A stretch of DNA of 61,002 bases, filler included, from Sluysia triapertura (lineage: Eukaryota), in the NCBI GenBank assembly GCA_046118255.1. It is 4 parts of 4 records of this genome, joined end to end, with 100 filler letters (N's around TTAATTAATTAA, not from the genome) between each part and the next. Parts side by side here need not be neighbours in the genome. Positions count along the whole stretch, not along the records: positions 50,087 to 61,002 come from JBJNIA010191573.1; 3 more parts are not named here. The stretch is one strand, 5' to 3'. A model generated the notes under the pieces. It made no database searches, was not told where the DNA came from, and saw only the letters and a list, made by a program, of their open reading frames with translations. This document shows, piece by piece, positions 49,987 to 61,002 of this stretch (its first letter is position 1; the number at the start of each line of letters is the position of its first letter). Made by a program: the position numbers and the translations under genes.

Positions 49987-50086
49987 NNNNNNNNNNNNNN
50001 NNNNNNNNNNNNNNNNNNNNNNNNNNNNNNTTAATTAATTAANNNNNNNNNNNNNNNNNNNNNNNNNNNNNNNNNNNNNNNNNNNN
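49987..50086. other. Artificial contig spacer
   Basis: N44-TTAATTAATTAA-N44. Confidence 0.97.
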
Positions 50087-50138
50087 TAAAAGTACTACAG
50101 GTGGTCAAGTACTTCTATACTACATATTACTTCTATAC

Positions 50139-50210
50139 CAGTGGTGTCAAAGTGGCGGCCCGTGGAGGCAAATCATGCGGCCCGTAAAGCAAAAAGGTTT
50201 GACACCACTG
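50139..50210. mobile_element. 72-bp hAT MITE sharing TIRs with the element at 54908
   Basis: CAGTGGTGTCAAA...TTTGACACCACTG with two GCGGCCCG subterminal motifs. Confidence 0.88.
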
Positions 50211-50924
50211 TGTTAAAAAATTATTAATAGCTTATTATTATTACTAACATATTATTATATTTCATTTATTATTAATATTTATATTTTGTGTACCAAAATT
50301 ATAAATGTTACCATAATGTAATAAATGTGGGCCTTAAATATGATTAAATATTTCTGTTTGGTAGCAAGATTTAAATTATATCATCGGAAAAATCTTAAAG
50401 GCGTATATTTTTATAATTTAAAAAAGTTTATTTTTGAAATTTTTTCGAATAATTTTTAAATTCCACATTTACATGACCTAAGAAATTTATCCACAAAATC
50501 TCAATAGCCTGATTTGCTGAAATGCCTTGAAATGATAAAAATCCATATTAATGCCAATAGAATCAACTCATTCAGCTTCTCTCTCTCCAAACAGAAAAAT
50601 ATGATTAATGCCCATCAAAATTTTGAATAACATATGATGCTTATTACAAAGTTGAAATCTCCTGTTTAAAGCATGATTAAATCTTTGCATTTGAAAATAT
50701 ATATTGGATAGAAATTGACTTACGTTAGTTAAGTATTATTATCATGGTAAACTATATTAATAAAGTATTCTAAATGAAAACTTCATCAATAAACTAAAAT
50801 TAGAATATAAACATTAAATGAATCGTAATGTTAAAAGGATATCAATTATAATGTAAGGTTTATGGTAATAAATTTCATTAATTAAAGTTAAATAATTATA
50901 TTTTACAATAAATTCCTATATAAC

Positions 50925-51257
50925 CTGTGTTCTGGTTCTTTCTAACCGTTCTACTTGTAAATTATTCGATAAATGAATAACTGGAGATGCATAAAGAAGT
51001 ATACTTCTAACAGTTTGAAGATCATCGTCATTGAATTCCTTCATGGAATCATAACTATCAGCTAATAAAACCACAATTTTTAAACCACTAGTCATTGAAA
51101 TTAAAGAAACACAAGCTAGTATGTTATTAATAGGACTAGTATAACCATCCAAAGCATCAATAATATAAGTTTGTGATTCTTTTGGTAGTGAATTATATTT
51201 GTATATACAACAATCATTTTCATTTAACAATGTGAACAAGAAATGATCTTCATTAAT
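50925..51257 (-). CDS. Probable exon of an unidentified globular protein
   Basis: 111 open codons (INEDHFLFTLLNEND...YIIDALDGY...KIVVLLADSY...ERTRTQ) between CAATAG| and CAG|GT, phase 0-0. Flanking exons could not be resolved. Confidence 0.55.
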
Positions 51258-53778
51258 CTATTGATAATAAATAATTTGCTAAATCAATTACTGTTTCTGC
51301 ATGGTATAACAAGAGTTATTTATACATTTAAACATTATTATTATTATTATTCGCAATTTTAAGCAAATTCCAAATTATTAAAATTTAATATTTAAAATTT
51401 TCAGTAATAATATATAATGAACAAACAAAAATTACATAAACGTTTATCCATTTTAGCCTACTAATGCTCTTTTTTCGAAAATAGCAATCCAAAATAATCA
51501 TTTTTATTTAAAATAATTAGTATCTGAATAATTCATTTATCTAACTTGTATAAGATAAACAAACTAAGAGCATTAATAAAAGCAATGTTAAATTCTCATT
51601 AGCCACACTCTAGCGAGAACAAACTTCACTTGTTTATGAATGTTAAGTCTGTTGGATTATTTTTATTATAATTTAGAGTTTTGCTTGTTTATGTTATTGT
51701 TTATGTTATTGTTATTTTTATTTATTTTGATTATAAATTTTATTAAAATCATTATTGTTTTATAAAATAATATTTTAAAATAAAATAATTAAATTTTATT
51801 TTTTGTGTTCTTGTTTAAATAAATCAATTAAAAATAGGCAAATTTCTGTATAAAAGAAGAGGAAATTTGGACTCTATGACACAATTACAATTCAACACAA
51901 TTTACGATTTTTCAATTAAGTTCAACGACGAAAATCCAGATCACTTTTCCATTCACATGTAATTTCTTTATAAATAAGTTTTTTCAATCTCATCGTAAGT
52001 CGACAGATTTAAAATATCACTTAAAATTTTATTAAATTTGATGCTAGACCTTAAAAGGTTAGATTAATATCCATTTAATATATTTAATATCCATTAAGTA
52101 TTGCATAAAATAAATATATTTGTTATATTTTTGTAACTGATTTTATTTTATGTAAAGTGTATAAAAGTTATTTATTAAACTTTATAAGTTCTTTATTGTT
52201 TTTAGAATTATTAAAATAGTTAAAAAAGATAAAATCATCAGTGTGTAGACTAAACCGTATAAGGCTAGTTAAATTTTCTTAACACTTAATAAAATTTATT
52301 TAAACAGTTACTAGACCGTAAAAGGCTAGTTTAATTAAATTTCATACTAGACCGTAGACACTATAAATCATAATACGACTAGTTCAACCTACATTAAAAA
52401 TACTTTTGATTTGCAACTTAGGGCGAGTAACATAAGACGATTAAGTTAACTTGTACTAAAATAAATTTTTCTTGCTTTAAACCCTAATAACACGTCTTCT
52501 ACGTTGATATAAATCGTGCTTATTAGATGGACTTGACCTTCAGTTTATTTTGTAAGTTTAAATTTTCTAATTTGATATAAAAAGCTTGCAAGTCTAATAT
52601 GAATTCAAAAATTAAGAATAAAAATTAAGCGTATCGAAATTATAACAAAAATTTGAAATATTAATAGTTATGGTCAATATTAGGTTAACTATTTATGTAA
52701 ATGAATCCTAAGAATTAGTTTAAAATAATATGAAAAGAAATTAAATTTATATCAAAATCAGAATTTCACATTTTCTACGGTTCAAATATTACTTTACAAC
52801 AAATAAATTTAGAACATTTTATTTATTTTTACATTAATGATAATCATCACATTTCTTACTTTAAGACTTTTTGGTATTTCTTTTAAAACATTCTTGACAA
52901 CCTAAATGAAAATGTTTTCGATTAGTTAAAATCTTAGTGAATTTATTTATTACAATAATCATGAACACTAAACCCCAGAAATTAACATAAATGTATTTAT
53001 AAAACTAAGTTAGGAACATCTGTGCTTGTTAGAAAAAAAAGTACCTGATTTTCATTACCAGATATGTCATCATTAAGGTACTATCTCGGATAATTTCTAA
53101 AATTTTTCCTTGAATACCTACTGAATATTACAACAAATGTTTCTTTAATAGCAAATATGACTTGCTATGGTTTTCTTAATGCCTAACCTACGACAAAAAT
53201 AAAATTGAGCAGGATCCGGTTACTGTAAACGACCTGTAAGCGTTCTTGTAACTTTTAGCTAACTATTTTAAAATATTTACTTTAAAAAACACCTTCGAAT
53301 TGCTTACAAAATTCTATTTTAAATATTTAATCAAAAAACTGCTTAAGATGGTCTTAAAACTATTATTCTTAAACAAAATTTAAATAAATTCTTTATGGAA
53401 TTCATTCAAATAACAAATTTATTAATATTAACATTACTTTTTCTATAAAACTAAAAAATATAAAAAGTTAAATAGTTAAAATATAAAATATAAATAGCGA
53501 AATAAAAGTCGGATAAACATTTTAAAGTTAAATCCTTTTGGGATATACAACTAAATGTTTTTAAATGTAATATGAAAATTTTGCCCTCATTAGACCGGGG
53601 TTTTTTAATTAATCTAAAGAGATAATAAAAATCGAAATGACATTAGTCATTAAAAGGTTTATTTATTATCAAGGACAAAATTAGCGCTGTAAAAGAATCG
53701 GTGCTCGAACAAAAATTGATGAATGCAATGACTAAACGAAAAATTAAAACATGGTGGCATTAACTTCAAGCGGGTAGA

Positions 53779-53813
53779 ATTCTAGAAGGTTTTAGAACAT
53801 TCTAAAAACTTCT
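53779..53813. promoter_or_regulatory. Heat-shock-element-like array
   Basis: aTTCt-aGAAg-gTTTt-aGAAc-aTTCt-aAAAa-cTTCt: seven alternating pentamers, five of them perfect. Confidence 0.4.
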
Positions 53814-54907
53814 TTTTCTACTTTTAGAAGTTAGTTTTCTTTTTTAGAAAATAACTTCATTTAAAGGAATTTAGTGGGTTTAGATATTTTTTTGATAAAG
53901 GGTTGTGCTGATAACCTATCAGACTCAAGAAAACTAAATTATAGGTATTATTGGTATTTTTTGCTTGTAACAACTAAATTATTGGTATTTATATAAAAAT
54001 GCATTATGCTTATAATGTCACTTTATACGTAATTTACTGAATATGATATATATTAAAAGTAACCCATGATATAATGTAAGTAAAAATCTAAGAATCGATC
54101 AAAATTATTTAATTTCATTATTTAATAAATTATTCAAAATTATTTTTTTAACATTGTACTAATAAATCTTCCGAACAAATTATGATAGACTTGATTTTTA
54201 ATTTGTTTTCATTTAAACATCAAAAAAATTAATTGGATAAATAAATTACAATTAAAACAATATGCACTAAATTTAAAGTAAAATATAAATATTTTAATAT
54301 TGAGTTTCAATATTGAAATTACTATTATTATAATTTTCCTACTATCCATTATTATATAGCATAAATAATTTAAATACAATATTTATTTGTTATAAAAATA
54401 TACTTGAAACAATGAATGACTACAATAAATCAACAGTCTAATCAGTCAGTCAATGAAAGGATAATATTTAAGAGTAGATACATTTGGTTAATATTGCTAA
54501 AATGCACCTTACCGTTTGTTTCCTGAGGTATAACAGTTATTACTTTATGAATGGGTCAAACCATCGACAGCATACTTAAATTTTTCATTTTAAGTGACTT
54601 TAAGTGATTAAAACAAAATTTCAGGCTTTCGAACATTAAATACTAAGTATTTTGTTAATTAATGTGATTTATTTAGGTGTGATTGTGAATATACTTGTAA
54701 TGAAAATCATCTTTTGAGATGATTTATGTTCCAAAAATTTATACCAAAGACCTTTAAGCAAATGAATATTCTTGCAGCGTTTCCGTTAGAAAATTTTACT
54801 ATGTTCAATGTTTAAAATTACTGTAATATATTTTAAGTTTAATATTTATATATATATATATTTTTATAAATCGTAATACTATCTAATGCCAATATTATGC
54901 ACTAAAA

Positions 54908-57213
54908 CAGTGGTGTCAAACTCACTTACGCACGAGGGCAAAACATTTTGCGGGCCGCAAACAAAATCGAACCTTGGTGTCAAAGTTTAAAAATAAAAAG
55001 TTTATGTTTTTTATTGCATAAACTGATTACAAAAAAAGTACAAAATTTAATATTGTTTCGAAGAAGACTGACGTTTCTCACTAACTAATTTCATAATTTT
55101 AGGTCTTACGTTTTGAGATAATGATGTTCTTAATGTTGAAACTAAATGCTCATTAATTAACTTGATCTTTGATTTTTAGCAAAGAAAAAAACTGCTCACA
55201 TAAACAAGTACTTCCAAACATTGCAATAATTCTTGAAGCAAAGAGTCGCATTTCATTTCAGGCATTCAAGAGTAGCATTGAATTTCTACCAACTTTTCTG
55301 CTTGCTTTTTCAGCATTATTTCAAATTCTAACAACAGATCGTCAAAATATTAAGTATATTTGACGATATTACAATTAATATACGATTCTTTGTAAATTTT
55401 ACAAGCCAGAAAATGAACTAAATGACAATTTTAGTTGTTTTTTCCAAATGCCTTAATAAACTCCTACATCTGTTTGATAGCTTTATTTCGACCCTAAAGT
55501 TTTAAATTTAATTCATTTAAATTTTGTATAATATCGGTTAGAAAGGTTAAATCCTGCATCCGATGTTTATCTTTTAATTATTTAACTGACTGATCTTTCA
55601 TTTTTAAGAACGTTATGATTTCATTACGAAGTTTCCAGAACCCCATCAAAATTTTGTAGTAAGAAAGCCAACGCAATTCTGTATAATAAATTAAGCCATC
55701 ATGTTTATTTTCACTTTCTGACATTAAAGATTAAAATATCGTTGATTCAAACCTGAAGATCGTATAAAATTTATAGTTTTTGACAAATTGAAGAACGTTT
55801 TCCATTTTTACTACTTAGGAACACAGTATCTCCTGATGTATGATGCAATGAAGAGGGTGAAATTGGTTATCGCGAGAAATATCGTGTTGTTATCTAATAT
55901 TTAGCTAAAAATTTATTTTTTCTTCCTGTCATTGCTTTCACACCGTTTGTAGTTACGCATACTAATTTAGATAAAGGAAGATTATATTTACTTAAAAGCT
56001 CATCAACGGATTCAAAAATGTCTTGACCTTTAGGGTGTTTTTAAGAGATAAAATGACGAGGAATTCTTCAGTCGCAGTAAAATCTTTGTCACAGCTAGTT
56101 GCTCGTGGTGGATAATATCTGTAGTTTCATCAATTTCAGTTGAAAAATGTTAAATATTTCTCAAATTATTTTCAAGATTTTGAGTAATATTAGTAGCGAT
56201 ATCATTAATTCTCTCAGTAACACAATTTCTTGATAGTGAATTGCCTTGATTAGTTTTGATTTTTTCGGGAAAGAGTACTTCTGCATTTTTTAACATGGAC
56301 TCCTTAACAAAATCACCGATTGTGAAACATTTTGCAAGTTTGGATATAAGTTCCGAAATAATGAAACTAGTTTGAACTTGACCTTCGCAGTTTTCAAACG
56401 ATTTATTAAAAAATGGTTGTTTTGACTTAAGTTCACTTTTTAATTTTTTTAACTTGTCTTCTCTAATTTTTTCCGTACATTGCTTATATTCTGAATGCAT
56501 TCCATAATGACGTTTTAAATTATATTCTTTCAAAACATTTATGGTCTGTTTACAAATTAAACATAAAGCTTTGACTGTTATCTCTATAAAAAAAAGTAAT
56601 TTAACTCCCATTTTGGTTGAAAAATTCTGCGTTCGTCATGTATTGATCTTTTTTTATTATTTTTACAATCAGATAATTTTATTTCCTAAAAAATGAAAAT
56701 AAAAAGCATTGTTTTATTTATATGCAATATAAACATGTCTTTAGAAATTAAACACCTAATCAAGATTTTATACAAAAATCTATGATTAAACCAATTTTCC
56801 AAATACTTTATTTAATTGTATGTTTTGAAACACTGATATTATGATTTTCCACGTATTTTGTTACCTCTTTGATTAATACTTATCTGATTTTCTACTCCAA
56901 TTTGAATGCTCTCTAATTTAATTATTTGATGAGTTTTTGTAAATTAGGCAAATAATACCTTCAATTTGCAACTGCGACGAAACAGTCAAAAAACGATCGC
57001 GCGACTCTTCTGTACCATCTACTTTATGGATGTTACCGACTTAGCGGCAACATTAATCAAAAGGGGCGCGCAAATTCCATAGGCGGTATATTCAAATGAT
57101 TAAAAATAGTTTAAATTAAAATTTCAATCTAATCCTAAAATAAAATTATTTTATCGTTATCAAGCCTCAGGCCGCATCTCAAGTTCTTGTGGGCCGTGTG
57201 TTTGACATCACTG
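54908..57213 (-). mobile_element. Decayed near-full-length hAT transposon (SPIN/GTF2IRD2-like, Buster group)
   Basis: TIRs CAGTGGTGTCAAAC / GTTTGACATCACTG. Minus strand gives KKRSIHDERRIFQPKWE, KALCLICKQTINVLKEYNLKRHY, FTIGDFVKESM, SLSRNCVTERI and the C-terminal AMFGSTCLCEQFFSLLK. Many frameshifts. Confidence 0.93.
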
Positions 57214-57779
57214 GCTTACTTTATTATGAATTCATATTTTGATTATAAATTTGGAATAGATATTTCACTAATCGTAAGTTGGAATCAGTGTTTCTGATTT
57301 TATATTTAAAATCCAGATTAACCTAATTATAATTGTGATATTTTGACATCTATTATATTGACAATTCTTTGACCCTAAATTTTGGATAGATTCGGTAAGG
57401 ACAAGATATAATTTAAACTTAACAAAAATTAAAATCTACATAATTTCTAAATATATCAATTTTTGTGTGGGTTATGATTATTAAACACAATATATGAAAC
57501 TTAATTTTGAGTGCATGGATTTGATATTAAAATTTTTTACTTCTATCTCTATCATAAACGAATTCAAAGGAAACCTCCACGATGCAGTGACCAATCATAA
57601 ACCAATTTCATTATCCGAATTTATATATAAAATCAAATTTACCAATCATATCTTTAAGTTGAAAATTCTTTTACATAGCAATAATTTCATATTAAATTCA
57701 CTAACTTTTCATCATTCTAAATATGAAAAATTTAGTTAAAAATCTTAGTTAAACTATATCTTCATCGAAAGATCTTTTT

Positions 57780-57960
57780 AAGACAACCACTTACACACTT
57801 ATGAATGTATCAAATTTTTTCTTTAATATTAGTAACAATGATTTTATTTGACAAGTATTTTAAAGATTTCAAATTCTTTTCATGGTTACTCAAAGGTTTC
57901 AAAGATTTATAAAAGTTAATAAAGTTTTAAATGGTCCCAGTGTTCACAAGTTAAAGTGCT
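57780..57960 (+). repeat. Paralog of the 23900-24100 segment (start of the collagen-like relic)
   Basis: TAACAATGATTTTATTT..CAA.TATTTTAAAGATTT.AAA and TAAA(A/G)GTTAATAA(A/G)GT are shared with the reverse complement of 23935-24075. Confidence 0.75.
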
Positions 57961-59582
57961 TTTCAAAGCTGATATTGAATTGATCCAAATAAAAAGAAGC
58001 TTTATGTTTAATAGAAATATGCATCCAGAGAAGTGCCGATATGATTCAGTTTGGTTTTGGAAACTAAATGACCGTTACTAGATAGAGGTATTTTAGTCTT
58101 AAATTTTGTGTTACTGTGAGTATGTCTGAAAATTTAAAAAACATGAATTATTTAAAAGTTAGAAAACAAAAATAAGTTTAGTATTTTGGTTCAGAACCAT
58201 TAAAAGGACACGTAGAAATAAAATTGTTTAACTAGACCAATATAATGCGTAAATGTATATATTTTTATAAAGTGATTTATCTATTCTAATTACAATATTA
58301 GAGTTTAATTTTATTTTAATGAAATTTATTATTTTTAAGAACATTGGTTGAATTATGTTTTTCGACTTGTATAGTTGATTATTTTTGATTTGTTAGTTTA
58401 AACAATTGAGGATTTTTGGTAACTTAAAATCATGTTTTCTTACATTATAAATTGATGTAGGATTTAAATAATCATTACAAAAATGACTTAAATTCTTAAT
58501 ATTTTTGTGGTATGTTTTTAGTTATGTGATTAGATACTTGATTATTATTACGTAAATATCAAAATATGAAATATTAATGAACTTTATTTTTAATAAATTA
58601 TATTTAATTTTATTATTTAGGACATAATTATTACGATAATAAATTACTAATAAGAAGATACTTTACTAAAGAACAAAACTTGATTCGTTTTATATTATTT
58701 TTATTTTGTTTCTATAATTTAATTATTCAAATTTATTAATATATAGATCTCTGAAAATTATGAGCAAATTGAAGTTACAAATTTTTAATACTTAATTTTT
58801 TATTTTGATTATATTTTTCTATTTAATAAAATTTTGTGATTTTAATACATTTTACGTGTAGTTTTGTTTATTTAATATTTCATTTGTTTATTTGTATAAT
58901 TTTAAGCATTTGGTTATATATTGACATTTCTATGCTTAATGTAAATAAATTTTGAGCATGTCATTTAACCAAGATGAATAATCCTTGGAGGAGATTTTTA
59001 GCATAATGTAGCTATTAATCACAGTTCTAGGATGTACAAAAATTTTATAGTGATTCGTCAATTCTTATGCTTAATATTAATTTAACATTAGTTTTATTTT
59101 AGTATGCTTCTGAGTAATGTTTAATTGAGTACGGAAAAATGGTTATTCGCTTTTTTTAGTTTAATTGTTTTTAAACTAAAGCCGTAACCTACATGAAATA
59201 TCCTTAATTTAGATTTGTTGCTGAATGACGCTTCAAATTACAGTTCGAGGATTTACAACTTAAGTTCTATAGCTTGCACATAAAAATTAATAGGTTTAAA
59301 CAGAAGTGTTTGCATAAGTTAAATTGCAAATTTCGTAAAGTGGAAGCAACGTTTTGCTAAATAAATAAATCATTACTAGATAATAGTACTAAAAGCATTG
59401 TTCTGCGTTATTGTTTTGCTGTTTTGGAATAGTGGAAACATTAAGTTGCCAGAATGTTTTTATTGATAAATCCATGAAAGTCACATTTTGGTGCATTTTA
59501 TCTGTTTTTGCTACTTATGATTTAAATTTAGTTATCGTTATTAGTTCATATTGGTTTTTTTCAATTAAAAATTTCGTAATTT

Positions 59583-60172
59583 CATGTGTGCTCGAAAATA
59601 AGACGGCTTATATTAATTTTCACTTATTTTTAGAGGTTTCCTACTTTCACATCGAAAAACAGAATTACGAAGTAGAGAATTATGACAGATAATTACTAAC
59701 AGATAGTCTAATTATCTTTTAAAAAGCTGTGAATGTCTTATTTTTTCAACATGTAGTTGATTATTTAAGAAGTTCATTTAATATTTAAACGTGCTTCTGT
59801 CGTGGTGAACCATTCTTGATTTATCTAATTTTCATTGTGCGGAAAGGAGAAATGCTTTGATAATTGCCAATAAAATTTTACTTGGATGATTGAAAATGAA
59901 TCACAATTAGAATCTTATAGTGAGTTACAGTCAGTGAACCAGAATACTTTGATAATGGAAGTGCCTAAGAATGTGTTGTAATTTAAAGCTAATTGTGATT
60001 TATATACAGTAGTATATGCTAAAGAATGCATCGAACATCGTCTCAAGCCATTAATTAACTTTTATTGGGTATCCTAATCAGCTATCAAGCAGAGCTTATT
60101 TTATGGGTAGGAGTCTTAAATTAAAACCATCCTGAAATATCACGCTAGGTCTTATTTTCGGGGTAACACGAT
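59583..60172. mobile_element. Degenerate pogo/Tc2-like non-autonomous element
   Basis: Inverted ends ...CGAAAATAAGAC (59593-59604) and GTCTTATTTTCGGGGTAACACG (60149-60170). Confidence 0.55.
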
Positions 60173-61002
60173 AGTAGAATAAGTGTATTTATGTGGAATT
60201 TTAGTAAAAATATGTATTAATGAATACATAAAACCTTATAAATATAAATTAAAAGATACTAAAAGTGTGATTGATTTTTTATAAACTTATTTTGAATTTG
60301 TGGCAGAAAGCTGCAAGTTGTTACAAACAGTAATATTAAAAATACTAAAGATTTTTGTATTTATTTTTATTGTATTTGATTTATTATTATTAGATTAATA
60401 TTTATTGTTTGAATATTAATATCATTATTATTTAAATATTGTTATAGAAGTTAGTTACATTTTAGATTGTATATTAATTCCATACCTGCTAGTAATAATA
60501 GCAGTGTATAATGATAAAAATAAGTAAATATAATAATAATTTTAATATAATAAAAATGTTGATTTGAATTATAAAAAAGGGATGATATATTGCGTCATGT
60601 TAGCAACAATATTTAATGTGATGTACTCAGAAAGTTAGACGGTAACAAAGTTAGAAGTTTTAAAGAAATTTTAGGCAAATATGAAGTGTTTAAAACTAAT
60701 TTTAAGACATAAGTATTTGATTAAAATTTCGTTAGGTTTTTTAAATTAATAGTTACAAGTGGGACTAAAATTTTATAGAAAAACAAATTAGCTACTTTTT
60801 GTTATCTTATAAAGTCAGAAAATTAATGTGTGCAAAAGAAGATAAATTCAAAGATAATGTATTTTATTCAGTAGTATTTGATAATCTACAAGGATTAATT
60901 TAAAATGCTTCGTTAATATACAAGCTGTGTGGAGGGCAGAAAATGTTTTAATTTATCAAAAATATTATTACTTTTAATTGTTTTTAAAATTTTATTAAAG
61001 AT

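Noticed and set aside
50472-50661. TGA-as-Trp recoding suggested by a frame containing only TGA stops
   Set aside because: A single short hydrophobic frame with no homology; the upstream segment needs a TAA in the same frame; no support elsewhere in the window.

Overview
Eukaryotic, probably invertebrate animal, genomic DNA. It consists of four contigs joined by artificial 100-bp N44-TTAATTAATTAA-N44 spacers (12882-12981, 37758-37857, 49987-50086), so the contigs are not demonstrably linked. Contig 1 (1-12881) is visibly more GC-rich. It holds a nest of Penelope-like retroelements (PLEs) plus mariner, RTE-LINE and hAT (Buster-type) remnants. One PLE has an uninterrupted RT + GIY-YIG ORF, a perfect snap-back hairpin at its 5' truncation, and a minimal hammerhead ribozyme with a U3-A8 core variant. 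The only in-frame ATG for the N-terminus missing from that ORF lies inside the ribozyme. The rest of the window is extremely AT-rich and full of decayed repeats. Recognisable ones are hAT (SPIN/GTF2IRD2-type) with a 72-bp MITE, Tc1/mariner/pogo remnants, a gypsy RT fragment, (AAT)n tracts and a tRNA-Cys-like relic. Three repeat families could not be classified: (i) a terminus with a covarying ~45-bp palindrome, 5 copies; (ii) TGTGG-ended elements with mirror-image strand skew; (iii) a decayed cassette of shared promoter, CCCH-zinc-finger-like ORF and collagen-like repeat. Only two plausible host exons were found. No rRNA, CRISPR or prokaryotic operons.
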